Source of the DNA: Lytechinus pictus
Lineage: Eukaryota
Assembly: GCF_037042905.1 (NCBI RefSeq)
Contig: NW_026974141.1
Location: forward strand, 2,294,001 to 2,358,000
Reading direction: 5' to 3'
Length of the DNA: 64,000 bases
The notes under the pieces are model-generated. The model had not been told where the DNA came from, made no database searches, and saw only the letters and a list, made by a program, of their open reading frames with translations. Positions within the stretch are counted from its first letter, which is position 1. The number at the start of each line of letters is the position of its first letter. Shown piece by piece: positions 53,201-64,000 of this stretch. A program made the position numbers and the translations under genes.

Positions 53201-56200
53201 TTAAATTTCAATTCAATTGCAACTGCATCTTCAGCTGTACCCATTGGGGGAACTGATGGGTTGTTCCGATTGAGACCCTTTGTGATAGCTTCATACTCCT
53301 GTGAGAAGAAGAATTATTTCAATTCAATTTTTTTCATTTCATTTTAATTCAATTCATTTCGATTGTATTGTAAGGGCCAATTCAGCTGTACAATATATGG
53401 GTTGTTTCAGTTGAAAACCTTTGTGATGGCTTCATACTTCTGTGAGAAGAATAAGGATTTCAATTCTCTTCGTTTCATTTTAATGTAATTCAATTCATTT
53501 CAATTCAATTGTAATTGCCTCTTCAGCTGTCCTGGTTGGAGGAACAGATGGGTTGTTTCAATTGAGACCCTTTGTGATACCTTCATACTCCTATGAGGAT
53601 AATAATCATTTCAATTAATTCCATTTCAATTTAATGAAATATATTTCAATACAATTGAATTTCAATTCAATTGCAACTGCATCTTTAGCTGTACCCATTG
53701 GGGGAACTGATGGATTGTTTCGGTTGAGACCCTTTGTGATAGCTTCATACTCCTGTGAGAAGAAGAATTATTTCAATTCAATTTTTTTCATTTCATTTTA
53801 ATCCAATTCATTTCAATTGTATTGTAAGGGCTTATTCAGCTGTACAACAGATGGGTTGTTTCAGTTGAGACCCTTTGTGATAGCTTCATACTCCTGTGAG
53901 AAGAATAAGGATTTCAATTCTCTTCATTTCATTTCATTTTAATTCATTTCAATTCAATTGTAAGGGCCTATTCGGCTGTACAATATATGGGTTGTTTCAG
54001 TTGAGACCCTTTATGATAGCTTCATACTCCTGTGAGAATAAGGATTTCAATTCTATTCATTTCATTTCAATTTAATTCAATTCATTTCAATTCGATTGTA
54101 ATTGCCTATTAAGCTGTACTGGTTGGAAGAACAGATGGTTTGTTTCTGTATATAGCTTCATACATGTACTCCTGTGAGAAGAATAAGGATTTTAATTTAG
54201 CAAATTCAAATACAAATTTCAAATTCAACTCAATTCAATCACATTCAAGTCTACTCAATTCAATTCAGATAAGTTGAATTAAATTCAACTCAGTTCAATC
54301 CAAGTAAAGTTCAGTAATTCATTTTTATGCTTTTCAATTTCATTCACTTCAAATTAATTCATTGCAATTCAATCCACTCAGTTCAATTCAGTTAAATCTA
54401 CATCAATGCAGGTAAAATCAAATAAATTGAAATTGATCCCATTAATTTCAATTCAATGGGGGAAACAATGCCATTATACAATTCAATATAATCAATTAAA
54501 ATTACATCAATTCTTTTTTATAATCACTAATTTGACTTACCTTGGCAACTCTCCTGGCATTCATGTAATCTCTGCTTCTATCTTCAATCATCTTTTTTGC
54601 TATCATCACATTGATTCCCTGTTTGGAGAAAATATTTAGAAAAAAGTTGACCTCAAGCATTCAAAGATGTACTCAAGGCTGAAAATCACATTACTTGAAA
54701 AAGTTTTTTTTTTAAACATACCGGCAAACCAATGACAATTTGATCATATCGGATGGGGAAAAAAGCTACATAATTTTTTAGGACCAATGCTAGGTTTGTC
54801 ATCCAACATAAACACCAGCGTTCAAAAATAAATTCAAATCCCCCACCATACTCACGTTTTCATAATTGTTGTAGTCTTTCCAGAGAGCCTCAATATTTGA
54901 CATGGGGTTGACGATACCTCGTTGGAATACACGTCGTACAGCAGTAATCCTCTGGTTCTCGGCATACGAACCTACAGCTTCACTGAAATGGACAGAATGA
55001 GAAATGGTCTGGTATTATAGACTCATTTACAGTCAATTATAGAATAGAAATTGCCTTGAACTAGAAACACAATACAGAGTTCATAAAGAACGTTAAGTGA
55101 GGTTTATGTTTGATTTATAAGCAATGTTTTTCGGATTATCTTAAATGGTTTTCTGCATTTGAAACTACAGCTTCACTGGTAGGGGACAGAAAGAGTAGGA
55201 AAATAGACTGGGTGTATTACAAACTCATTCTTGGCATAGTGTTTTGCCTTAGAAAAGTATTGACAGTCATCATGAAAAGTTTCAATAGCCTCTAAAAAAG
55301 AAGTGTTTTGTGCTGGGTTTATATTGTAGCATTTTTATCTTTTTAAGAGATGTTGTCCTTGATTAAGTGATGTCTTTAAAAGTAGATTGATATTAAGATT
55401 GACAGCTTAGCAATCAAAATTGTCGCGATATAGACCTTAGTTGAACAAAAATAATAATTTTCATTGGAACTTCTTCCCCTTTGGCATAAGACTTTCAATT
55501 TTCATTTTTTAATGTTTTTGTCATTCTATGGTTAATTATACATACAATTGTGTGGATTTTCTGTACACTAGTGTAAATAATTCAATTCCACAGAAGTACA
55601 TCATATAATTACATGTATGTGTAATCTACTCAATAAATTACACAACGTTTGTATTAACATGTGTATGTATTTACATGCATAACTGTAATATACATGTACT
55701 CACACTCCCTTCAAGAAGTTGATATAATCGTTCCAGATAGGAAAAGAAAAGATATCCATTCCCATCTTATCCAAGGCAAAGTCGTAAGCCTGGGCCATCT
55801 TTTCTCTGTACGATGATAGACTCCCCTTAGTCTCCTTGACATAGGCCAGGTAGCACTTCCACAGATCAATGTTCAGCACTTTCATCAAGCATCGTTGAAA
55901 CAGCTGGGGAAGGAGACCAAGTTTTTGTGCCATAGTGGATTGAATGATTATGTTCATAATGTATATTTCTATTTTATTTCTAATAGTATATTGTACTATC
56001 TTGAAGTGACACAAGCTAAGTACTCAAAAGTAGACATGTGCCCCTATCATTTACATTACACCTTACAAAAAGCCATGAAAAATTTATAAATTATTCCTTC
56101 TCACTTATCAAAATGTACATATCTACCGGTGTCTTGGCTCAGTTGGTAGAGCATCTGTCGAGAGTTCAAACCCGGCCGCATCAGACCAAAAGACGTTAAA

Positions 56201-59200
56201 AGATGGGAGTTGCTGCTACCGTTTGGCATTCAACAATTAAAGGGATAGAGCCTCGTCGATCTGGCACTGCACAGCGGCTGCCGGGCCCACGATCAATTAG
56301 GCAAAGCAAATCATCAGAGTGTGTCATTTCATGTACATTTTTAACAATAAAATATGGATTTTTTTTAAATCCTTCTCACTCTCATTCTCTCACTTCACTG
56401 CCAAAAATGGCAAGATCATGCATCCAGTCTAACCAGATGCAATATACTTGCCAATTTCGGTCGGCCATCAAAACCCTACATAGTTCAATCCAGATAACCA
56501 TCATGCAATAGCAACGCAACTCACATACATGGAAACACATCGGTAGATTCTGAAAATAGAAAACAGAGATGAAATACCTAACCTAACACTAACACTAGCC
56601 TAGAAAATGAACAAACTTGTGATATTCCTACCTTTTCAACTCTTTCGTAGTTCTTTCCTCTCATCTGTGAGTAAAATTGACATCAAAGTAGAGTGGTTCC
56701 GTCGTGAAGTAAGCCAAGAAAGATGAAGGCAATTTATGAGCAGAGATAAAGATGTACACAATTACAAATGAATATCCCCATGACAAACGTAATGTGAATG
56801 ATGAATGAAAGTTCTGAAACATACTCTTTTTTTCAATTTAATTTGTGTAATGATTTGTAAAATATAGAATTTTTTAAATAAATATGAGCTGCATAGTCCT
56901 ACATACTGTAAAAACATTTGTAGCAAGTTTTTAACATCAAGCCAGCCCTGAAAATCCATGTAAAAACAGGGATCTACATATTCTTTGAAAAAATGAGTAA
57001 AAAAAAACATAACTTGCTAAAAAAAATTGATGGTCATGATCTCAAAATAGATGAAACATATTCAGTTGGCAGCTGTTATTTTTAAAATTTTCTTTGAAAT
57101 GCTCTCTTATTTTAATCAAGATTATTTCATAAATCACTTTGTATTTGATATGGTGAGTCTGCCTTTACAATGCAAATATCCTGGGACCAGAAAATCAATG
57201 ATTTAGAAGACACTAAATAACGAATATAACACAATCCGGTAAAATAATTGATTCTACTAAATTTGCATCAATAGAGAAGGCTGGCTTATGCAGATATTTA
57301 ACTGTATTGATATTATATACATTTGTTAATTAATTGTATCAACCAAATTTGTAATAAATGGGGTGTTTCCTATATGATTTTTTATAACTGATGTGAAATA
57401 TTAATGTTGCATCTGATCAGAATAGTTAGTACACTAATAATTTTCCTGAAAATTTGGCAGAGGGTGTGCACTAATATAATTGTAACAGCTGATATACCTC
57501 CAGGGGAATCCCCTTGCAGATTTTCCTCCCTCTTTCTTTACTTTTTGGGACAATGAAATAAAAGACTCATCAAATGAACATTATTGACCAATAAAGATTG
57601 ATGTTGCATATCTGCTTACTATTTCCTGGCCCAATAGAATGCACTTGGTGAATATAAACTGTAACTTGGTCTCAAACTAGCCTAGCTTGATCCAACATTG
57701 TCTAATCAAGACTTCTTTTTTCCTTTGTCCAATTTGGTGCATTTTAGATCTGTGGTAATTCTGAATTTGTCTGACATCATACTTAAGGAGTTTGAAAAGA
57801 AACATGCATTCATTTTTTTTGAAAGAAAATGAACCTGAAGTCTTGTATTTAATTGTAAATGTTCTACTTATTGAAATGTTACTTCTTGCAATATAGTATG
57901 GTATATATTAGGTTGCTCTTGTTAAAATTGACCAATTGCAATTTTGCAAAAAAGAGTTTGCATCAATTATGAATAAGTTTCTTGCGATACACCCTTAATT
58001 TCTGACAAATTAGATTCAAGATTCATTAGACAAAATGGGAAAACTATTAGATAAAGTGACGAAACCGATCAAATGATCATAAAAAAGAGTAATAGAGTGT
58101 TAGCACAACTGGGTTGTTGAAAGGGGATGACTTTTACCAAATAACAATTGAACCAAACTGCATGAAAGTAGACTAGCCTACATGTATATCTAAGAAACTG
58201 CAACTATCGTCTTTGCTTTTTTTAAGCACAAAACGTAAGTGATACATTTGATGCAGCAAGACAACTAACACTGGCTGCAGAGCAGCGACCACCTTTACAT
58301 TCCCATCTTGGTCTAGTTGTTGTTTTCTTTTTATCAACGAAATATCAGGTGGCAGTTTTCATACGGATAAACCCACACCAAATCGTAGTCAATAAAAAGA
58401 AAATGACGACTAAAGCAAGTCGAGGGTTAAACCAGTGGCTGTTTTGCACACACTGAACTAGTCTTGCTGCATCAGACTCATCGCTTACATTATGCGTAAC
58501 AGCAAAGTTATATCAGCTGCAGCCTCCACCAAGATTATACATGTAGGCGAGAAGTGGACCAAATGGTCAAAATTCACAAAGTTTTAATCAATAGTCTGAA
58601 TCATGGTCTATGCAGATTTTTTATGCAATTACTTCTTTAGTGTGTGTGTTACAAAAGGGTCAATTAAGAATGTGCCCTTGTTTTTCACAGGGCGAAAGGG
58701 CACTAAATTCATTCTTGTTCCTATGGGTTATGAGTCAATGGTTTTAATCTGAAGAGTACGCTGTTGGTGTAGCAATAAACAAGAAAGTGGACTCAAAGCA
58801 AACAAGCATGAATTAAGCACTTCTTGGAAGAAAAAAAATAGTGCATCGATTATTGGACCCTTTTCCACACTAAAAGCATAATTACATTGTGAAATTTGCA
58901 TTTTTCATGGTTTCAAACCATCCATTCAAAGCAACATTTGTGAATTTGGGCCAAAGGGATTTAATCATGGTTTTAGACCAGCGTTGTTGGTTCAAGTGGG
59001 TATTTTAAACTTTTGAAGCTTTTAAGCAGTGGATATCAAACTACATGTAGATATATGTATGTGCAAGAAATACTTGTATTAAATATGTCTGTTTTGCAAG
59101 TGGTGTTAAAAAGTTAGTGAACCCCACCAGAAAATACACAAGTTCCTTCATGCTGAGTGTTGAATGTAGACAACACAATAACATCCAGTGAGCCCAGAGA

Positions 59201-62200
59201 AACAAACTTCATTGAATGTAATATTTTATCACCTGACTTCACAATTAAATATCTAAAAGATGGCAGAACCAGAACACTTTAAAGCAGGGCTCCACACTAA
59301 CCCTTTTTTTCTACTGATCCAACCTGTTCAAGTCGGACCAGTTAATACCCAGTTTTTATTTTTTACTGGTCCGAACCTAATATTTACTGGTCCCCCAAAA
59401 TAAAGAAAAACATGAAAAAGACTCATTTTGCAGTTTTTAGGGCTTTTATTGCCCCCCCCCCCAAAAAAAAAATGTACTAACAAACAGTACACACACAACG
59501 CAATTCATGAGAACCATTTCTCAATTTTGGAAAGCCATTTTTTAAGATACTAAAGAGGAGAAAATATCATTTATATTAGTTTGATATGTTTTTTACTGGT
59601 CATGTCAGACCAGTAAATCTGGCAATTTCTGAAAAGTAACTGGCCCGACAGCAATTTTTACTGGTGTGGGACCGTCGGACCAGTACCAGTGTCACGCGCT
59701 TTTTAAAGTATTCATTTTCAGGTGGGGTTCACTATTTACTTTTTAGTACCACTGTATATTTGGAAATGTATGTATTTTTAATCAAAGCTTGCATATGTTC
59801 CGATGATATTCTATTTTTTTTTTTTTTTTTTTAAAGAGAATTTCTAGACAATGACCTCTTGCTCCACGTAGTTCTTCCAGTAGCGTCCGGAGTTGGCAAA
59901 CGTCGTAACCACAAGCTCATATAGGGTCCTGGCTTTCTCCACTGGTTGGTTCTGAGTGTGAGACATCATGAGATAGAGAGGGGAAGAAGGAACATTGGAT
60001 GGTTGGCATACATTTCAAGGAAATAAAAGATAACTCCTTGGAGTTTAGAACTATTTGGGTTGGGGATTATATGTACACACCTGTCAAGAACTCCTTTCTA
60101 TATACCTACTGTACGAGAGAAAGAACTAGAGAGAGAAACAGACAAAGGAAGAGAGAGAGAGATAAGGAGGACAATNNNNNNNNNNNNNNNNNNNNNNNNN
60201 NNNNNNNNNNNNNNNNNNNNNNNNNNNNNNNNNNNNNNNNNNNNNNNNNNNNNNNNNNNNNNNNNNNNNNNNNNNNNNNNNNNNNNNNNNNNNNNNNNNN
60301 NNNNNNNNNNNNNNNNNNNNNNNNNNNNNNNNNNNNNNNNNNNNNNNNNNNNNNNNNNNNNNNNNNNNNNNNNNNNNNNNNNNNNNNNNNNNNNNNNNNN
60401 NNNNNNNNNNNNNNNNNNNNNNNNNNNNNNNNNNNNNNNNNNNNNNNNNNNNNNNNNNNNNNNNNNNNNNNNNNNNNNNNNNNNNNNNNNNNNNNNNNNN
60501 NNNNNNNNNNNNNNNNNNNNNNNNNNNNNNNNNNNNNNNNNNNNNNNNNNNNNNNNNNNNNNNNNNNNNNNNNNNNNNNNNNNNNNNNNNNNNNNNNNNN
60601 NNNNNNNNNNNNNNNNNNNNNNNNNNNNNNNNNNNNNNNNNNNNNNNNNNNNNNNNNNNNNNNNNNNNNNNNNNNNNNNNNNNNNNNNNNNNNNNNNNNN
60701 NNNNNNNNNNNNNNTATAGAATGGAAGCATAAGATTTTTTAGACTTATCTCTAATTACATGTACCGGTATTTTCTAGAACGAAGCTCTTGACAGAATGGA
60801 GTATTTCCATTCAACCTTAATAAGGTTTATTAAACACAACTCTGAAACCAACAACAAAACTCAATTTCCTTCTAATGGTAATATGTCATATACCCCTACC
60901 TAATGATAACATCTGCCTCTGTCTCAATTTTTACTTCAGGTGGTGTCAAACGGTAGAAAAAAGTCTGGAATATAGCTTAAAAACAAGTATCAAAACCAGA
61001 CTTTTCTTTTGTTGGATGGTATCATCAGGCAGAAATATGTGACACAGCCTTTTAGAGATGATCACATATCAATCATGATAAAATAATATGGTCTGTGCAG
61101 GATTAAGATGGCACTTATACCAATGAACCATTTCAATGAATTTATTGCAACCAAAGTTTAGCACTTTAAAGTGCATGAGCTTGCACAGTAGAATGCCAAT
61201 GATTTTATTCATCTGTTTGCTAAAATATGAAATTCAATAGTTAGAATGTGAATGCCAAATTTCTGTAATTCATATTCCAACATTCCAACGACGGAGTACG
61301 CTCTGATTGTACATGACAAAGATTATACTGCCATTAATTTTTAGTGCAATATGAAAATGGTCTTGACAGCAGCCCACAATATCCTGACACAGAACCAATT
61401 AATTGTTGATATATGACCCAGAACCATTCAGCCATGAATTTTGAAAGACACTCAACAAATGTTGAAAAATCATTAAAAATGTTTGATTTGTGTTTTATGA
61501 AATCATAAACATAATTCAAATTTAATGTAACATTATGTACATGTACATTTAAAGTCACTAAATAATGATTTTTAAAGTATGCTCGATGACACTTCATATA
61601 CATATCTTGACCAATTTAATTTTTATACTCTATTGTGACAGTGGCTTCTCATTCATGTCTGAATAGACCTTTATGTCCGACACATTGTGGAAAAATAAAA
61701 CTAAACAAATTACAACCAAAAAGTAGTAATTTATTACAGAAGATCAAATAATTCATACAAACTTAACTAAATATTCTTTACCTTTAAGTATCAATGAATA
61801 TGAACAAAACAAACCAAATGTGACAAATATTCAGATTTTTTTCCCCAAGGCATATGAAACAAATTGCTTATATTTATGAAGGACAAAGCAGCCAAATCTT
61901 GGTAAATAAGCAGTGCCAAATTTTGTTTTCACTCCTTAAAATGTTAATTGCATTTAAAGGAGACTATTCAGATGTTTTCAAAAATTATGTATCAAACGTT
62001 AAACATTTTATTGAATCATTATTTTATTCCTCTTCATTTTTCTACCATTCTTCATCTGCATCCTCCATTTAATATCTACACTGTATGTAGTTCTATCTTC
62101 TTTCTTCGCTCTGTACTTCTTCAATCTTCTTTTCTCCTCCTCTTCTTCCCCCTTAAAATGTTTGTTGTAGTCTTGTGCTTCTTCCTATATTTTCATCATC

Positions 62201-63024
62201 TATTTTTCTTCTTTTCCTATTCTTCTTCTTCACCTTCTAATTGTAGATTGTTTAAGTAATCATTTTAATTTAAATTTACTGCTTAATAAAACATGTGGGG
62301 CTTACACATTTCTAAATTATTTGTGTAATTAACTAGGGATTATGGGTATATACATACACATGTACATATGAAAAATTAAATGTCATACAATAATAGAACA
62401 TAAAAACAAAAATAAATTAAAATGTCTGAAACGATCATTCCCTTCTTGCTTGTGCAGTTGCCATTTTGTAGTTTAAAATACACGTAGATAATTGAGAGAC
62501 AAGCAACAAATGACAAAACACAGAAATACTGTCTGTATCTCATTTAATATGATGCATGGATTGTTCTTCTTTAAAACCCCACTAAACCTGGCTTGCACGG
62601 CAACCAAAGAAGGGAAATTAAACATCTCAAAAACAAGGATAAATAGAAATTGACTCAAAACAAATGAAACATTTGACATTGCATGTTGTGAGGTTTTATT
62701 GCTTTATTTGTCAGTTAACGCAACCCAGCCATTCCCCTTAAAAACCAAACTCATTTACTGCATACACTTGTATAGAAATAGACAAGAATGCAATAAAACA
62801 CAGTGACAGGATATTGGTTTATTATTTTTTATTTGTTTCAATGAATTTATTCACTTTTGTTTCTGTGATAATCTTGCTTCTTGATGGTCCCTGCCAAACA
62901 TCATGTATTTTACATCGCTTACCTGGGCTTCTCGTAAAAGAATATTCCATGCGTCGGTGTCACACGGATAAACTTGGATTTTCCGCTGGGCTTTCTTCAC
63001 TTTTTCTGGCACATATCCCCAGCC
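36436..63024 (-). CDS. CSTF3: Cleavage stimulation factor subunit 3 (CstF-77, Su(f)/RNA14 orthologue; HAT repeats); 17 coding exons, start exon not located
   Basis: Exons 62923-63024, 59856-59951, 56632-56664, 55704-55903, 54856-54982, 54541-54618, 52401-52563, 51718-51827, 48353-48469, 47305-47379, 46306-46449, 45373-45475, 44303-44372, 40024-40219, 38609-38777, 37467-37622 and 36436-36626 join in frame (2130 nt, 709 aa + stop). Diagnostic peptides: [96 protein letters not shown]. Confidence 0.96.
38820..39075. repeat. (CATT)n microsatellite
   Basis: Seen directly. Confidence 0.95.
40671..40710 (-). ncRNA. Minimal type I hammerhead ribozyme motif (mirror copy)
   Basis: Reverse complement reads ctc-CTGAAGA-cggacagtcaacctgccc-GAAACGTC-gagt. 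Confidence 0.78.
40717..40757 (+). ncRNA. Minimal type I hammerhead ribozyme motif
   Basis: actc-CTGAAGA-c-GGACAG-tcaac-CTGCCC-GAAAC-GTC-gagt: conserved CUGAnGA and GAAA boxes, stem II with one mismatch, palindromic ACGT stem III, ACTC/GAGT stem I. Confidence 0.8.
41312..43296 (-). pseudogene. Penelope RT/GIY-YIG ORF, interrupted by a MITE and 5'-truncated
   Basis: Two ORF halves, contiguous in frame once 42093-42610 is removed. Confidence 0.9.
42093..42602. mobile_element. hAT-type MITE (510 bp)
   Basis: TIR CCCGGGGGGGGCACTC / GAGTGCCCCCCCCGGG and an exact 8-bp TSD GGATAGAC (42085-42092, 42603-42610). Confidence 0.92.
43403..43476 (-). mobile_element. tRNA-like cloverleaf inside a small repeat element (43324-43759)
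   Basis: Minus strand GAACCAG..TAGCCTGGTGG..GCTGC CCGGAAA GCAGT..GGTTCGAATCC..CTGGTTCCA. The anticodon loop is non-canonical. The element is bounded by the direct repeat CTAAATAAAATA (43324, 43748). Confidence 0.55.
44596..45196. mobile_element. ~600-bp TTAA-associated MITE family (copies at ~9000, 10255-12638, ~30054-30400, ~36870-37402)
   Basis: Termini AAGG...AAGTCCACCCCAGAAA / TTTCTTGGGGTGGACTTGTCCTTTAA with long internal inverted repeats; several copies in the window. Confidence 0.75.
48027..48337. mobile_element. MITE
   Basis: GGCCCGTATTCTGAAGTAGGGTTTAACTTA / TAAGTTAAACCTGACTTCAGAAAACGGGCC. Confidence 0.7.
48790..50964. mobile_element. 2.2-kb non-autonomous TIR element with subterminal repeats and a ~1.3-kb pyrimidine tract
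   Basis: CAGGGGCGGTATTCTGAAAACGTTCTTATC / GATAAGAACGTTGTCAGAATACCACCCCTG, internal ~148-bp tandem repeats, (AAAGATAAGAAC)n near the right end, T/C-rich core at 49310-50600. Confidence 0.75.
50980..51253 (+). mobile_element. tRNA-derived SINE
   Basis: A box GTGGTCTAGTGG, B box GGTTCAAATCC, body shared with the 21170 copy, tail GCGCTATACAAATGCCC(ATT)n. Confidence 0.8.
51488..51700. mobile_element. Short MITE
   Basis: GTGTTTTACAAAGATTTAAGTATGACTTA / TAAGTCATACTTAAATCTTTGTGAAACAC. Confidence 0.7.
52490..54185 (-). repeat. Tandem array of 12 copies (1 genuine + 11 extra) of a CSTF3 3' splice site and exon start, with (AATTG/TTGAA)-type spacers
   Basis: TAGCTTCATACTCCT-like core at ~52551, 52701, 52838, 52966, 53124, 53286, 53427, 53578, 53740, 53881, 54016 and 54152. 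Confidence 0.93.
56125..56355 (+). mobile_element. tRNA-derived SINE (second family)
   Basis: TGGCTCAGTTGGTAGAGC A box, GAGTTCAAACCC B box, non-tRNA body, AATAAAA tail. Confidence 0.65.
60176..60714. other. Assembly gap (N run)
   Basis: Run of N, next to a GA-rich tract. Confidence 1.
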
Positions 63025-63678
63025 CTGTTTTTGTTGAATGGGAAAGGAAAATTGAGGGAGGATGTTAACAGCTGAAATACAGAATATGGAACTTAGTTAC
63101 AATACAGCTACAAGTTTGCACAAGAGTTTGGGTTTAGCATAGAAGTCACACTCACTCCTTATCACATGAATTTGATTAAGATGGTGAGGATGATTAATTG
63201 GAAGTTGTATATGATCTGATTTAAAATTATCACTACTTTAAAATTCACTAATTTTAAAAACTCTGTGTATTTGTTGTTTCACAAGTATGGCACCAACCCC
63301 AGTGTGATGATATTGATGAACAACCCATTCCAACCCCCATCCCTTCTGTACCAACATGTACATGTACGTCCTTAAAAAATATTACAAATATCCCTTGTGT
63401 ATGTAACATTAGTCATTCAAATGAGAGTTAAGGAGTATTGTAGATGATGGTCTTAATTGGGTTACAATTGTTATTTTCTGGGAGGTGGCTTTGCATTATG
63501 GGTGTTTTTGTTTATTGAACGGGAATTATTGTATCCAGTTTTCAATATGCTGAGTGATCTTCTATCAAAAGATTCAATTATTAGGCAGACAAATGAAAAT
63601 ACAGGCAACTCTGCCTTAGCCGACCTTCCAAAAGTCGGATATTGGCCTACGCCTAAGTCAAAGTAAAATCTCAGACCT

Positions 63679-63810
63679 GGGGCCCGTAACACGAAACTCA
63701 GCAATGATCGTAGAACATTTTTCTATGATTGATTCCATAGACTACAATGTACAATCAATCGTGAAGATCGAGCGTAAGATCAATCGCTAACCTTTGTGTT
63801 ATGGGACCCA
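63679..63810. mobile_element. Short MITE (related copy ~43885-44010)
   Basis: GGGCCCGTAACACGAA ... TTTGTGTTATGGGACCC. Confidence 0.6.
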
Positions 63811-64000
63811 GATTATCAAAAATGTAAAATAACTTGAGTCAAATTTCTCCTGTAGTCAAATGAATTTCTATGGTATCAAAATATTTGACTTAGGCAGAGT
63901 TATCTGCATATATGTTCATAGCACACATCAACCAATTCACGCACTAATCATTCCATCTATCCTAATTTGACTATTAAAATAAATATTAAAGGAAACGTCC

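Noticed and set aside
52490-54185. CRISPR-like repeat-spacer appearance
   Set aside because: The repeats are copies of the adjacent CSTF3 exon start, the spacers are related microsatellite-like sequence, the context is eukaryotic, and there are no cas genes.
59999-60742. Long ORFs
   Set aside because: Artefacts of the N gap.

Overview
Eukaryotic, intron-rich, AT-rich animal DNA. A sea urchin or other echinoderm origin is inferred from the tRNA-SINE, MITE and Penelope landscape. Three spliced protein-coding genes were rebuilt by hand from splice sites. (1) The 5' part of a mitochondrial glutamate carrier (SLC25A22/18-like, minus strand, 196-5693). (2) An 11-coding-exon gene of about 1212 aa derived from a Mutator/MULE transposase, with WRKY/FAR1-like and SWIM zinc fingers and apparently degraded catalytic motifs (plus strand, 18959-32129). 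(3) CSTF3/CstF-77 (minus strand, 17 coding exons, 36436-63024; first exon not found). CSTF3 introns hold the most unusual structures. One is a higher-order array of 11 extra copies of a 3' splice site plus exon start. Another is a 5'-truncated Penelope retroelement (RT + GIY-YIG) interrupted by a hAT-type MITE. Its own hammerhead ribozyme motif is split by a 565-bp palindrome carrying two back-to-back minimal hammerheads. There is also a GC-AG intron and a weak intron-3 donor. The window further contains many MITEs, SINEs and microsatellites, a 1255-bp tandem duplication and one assembly gap.
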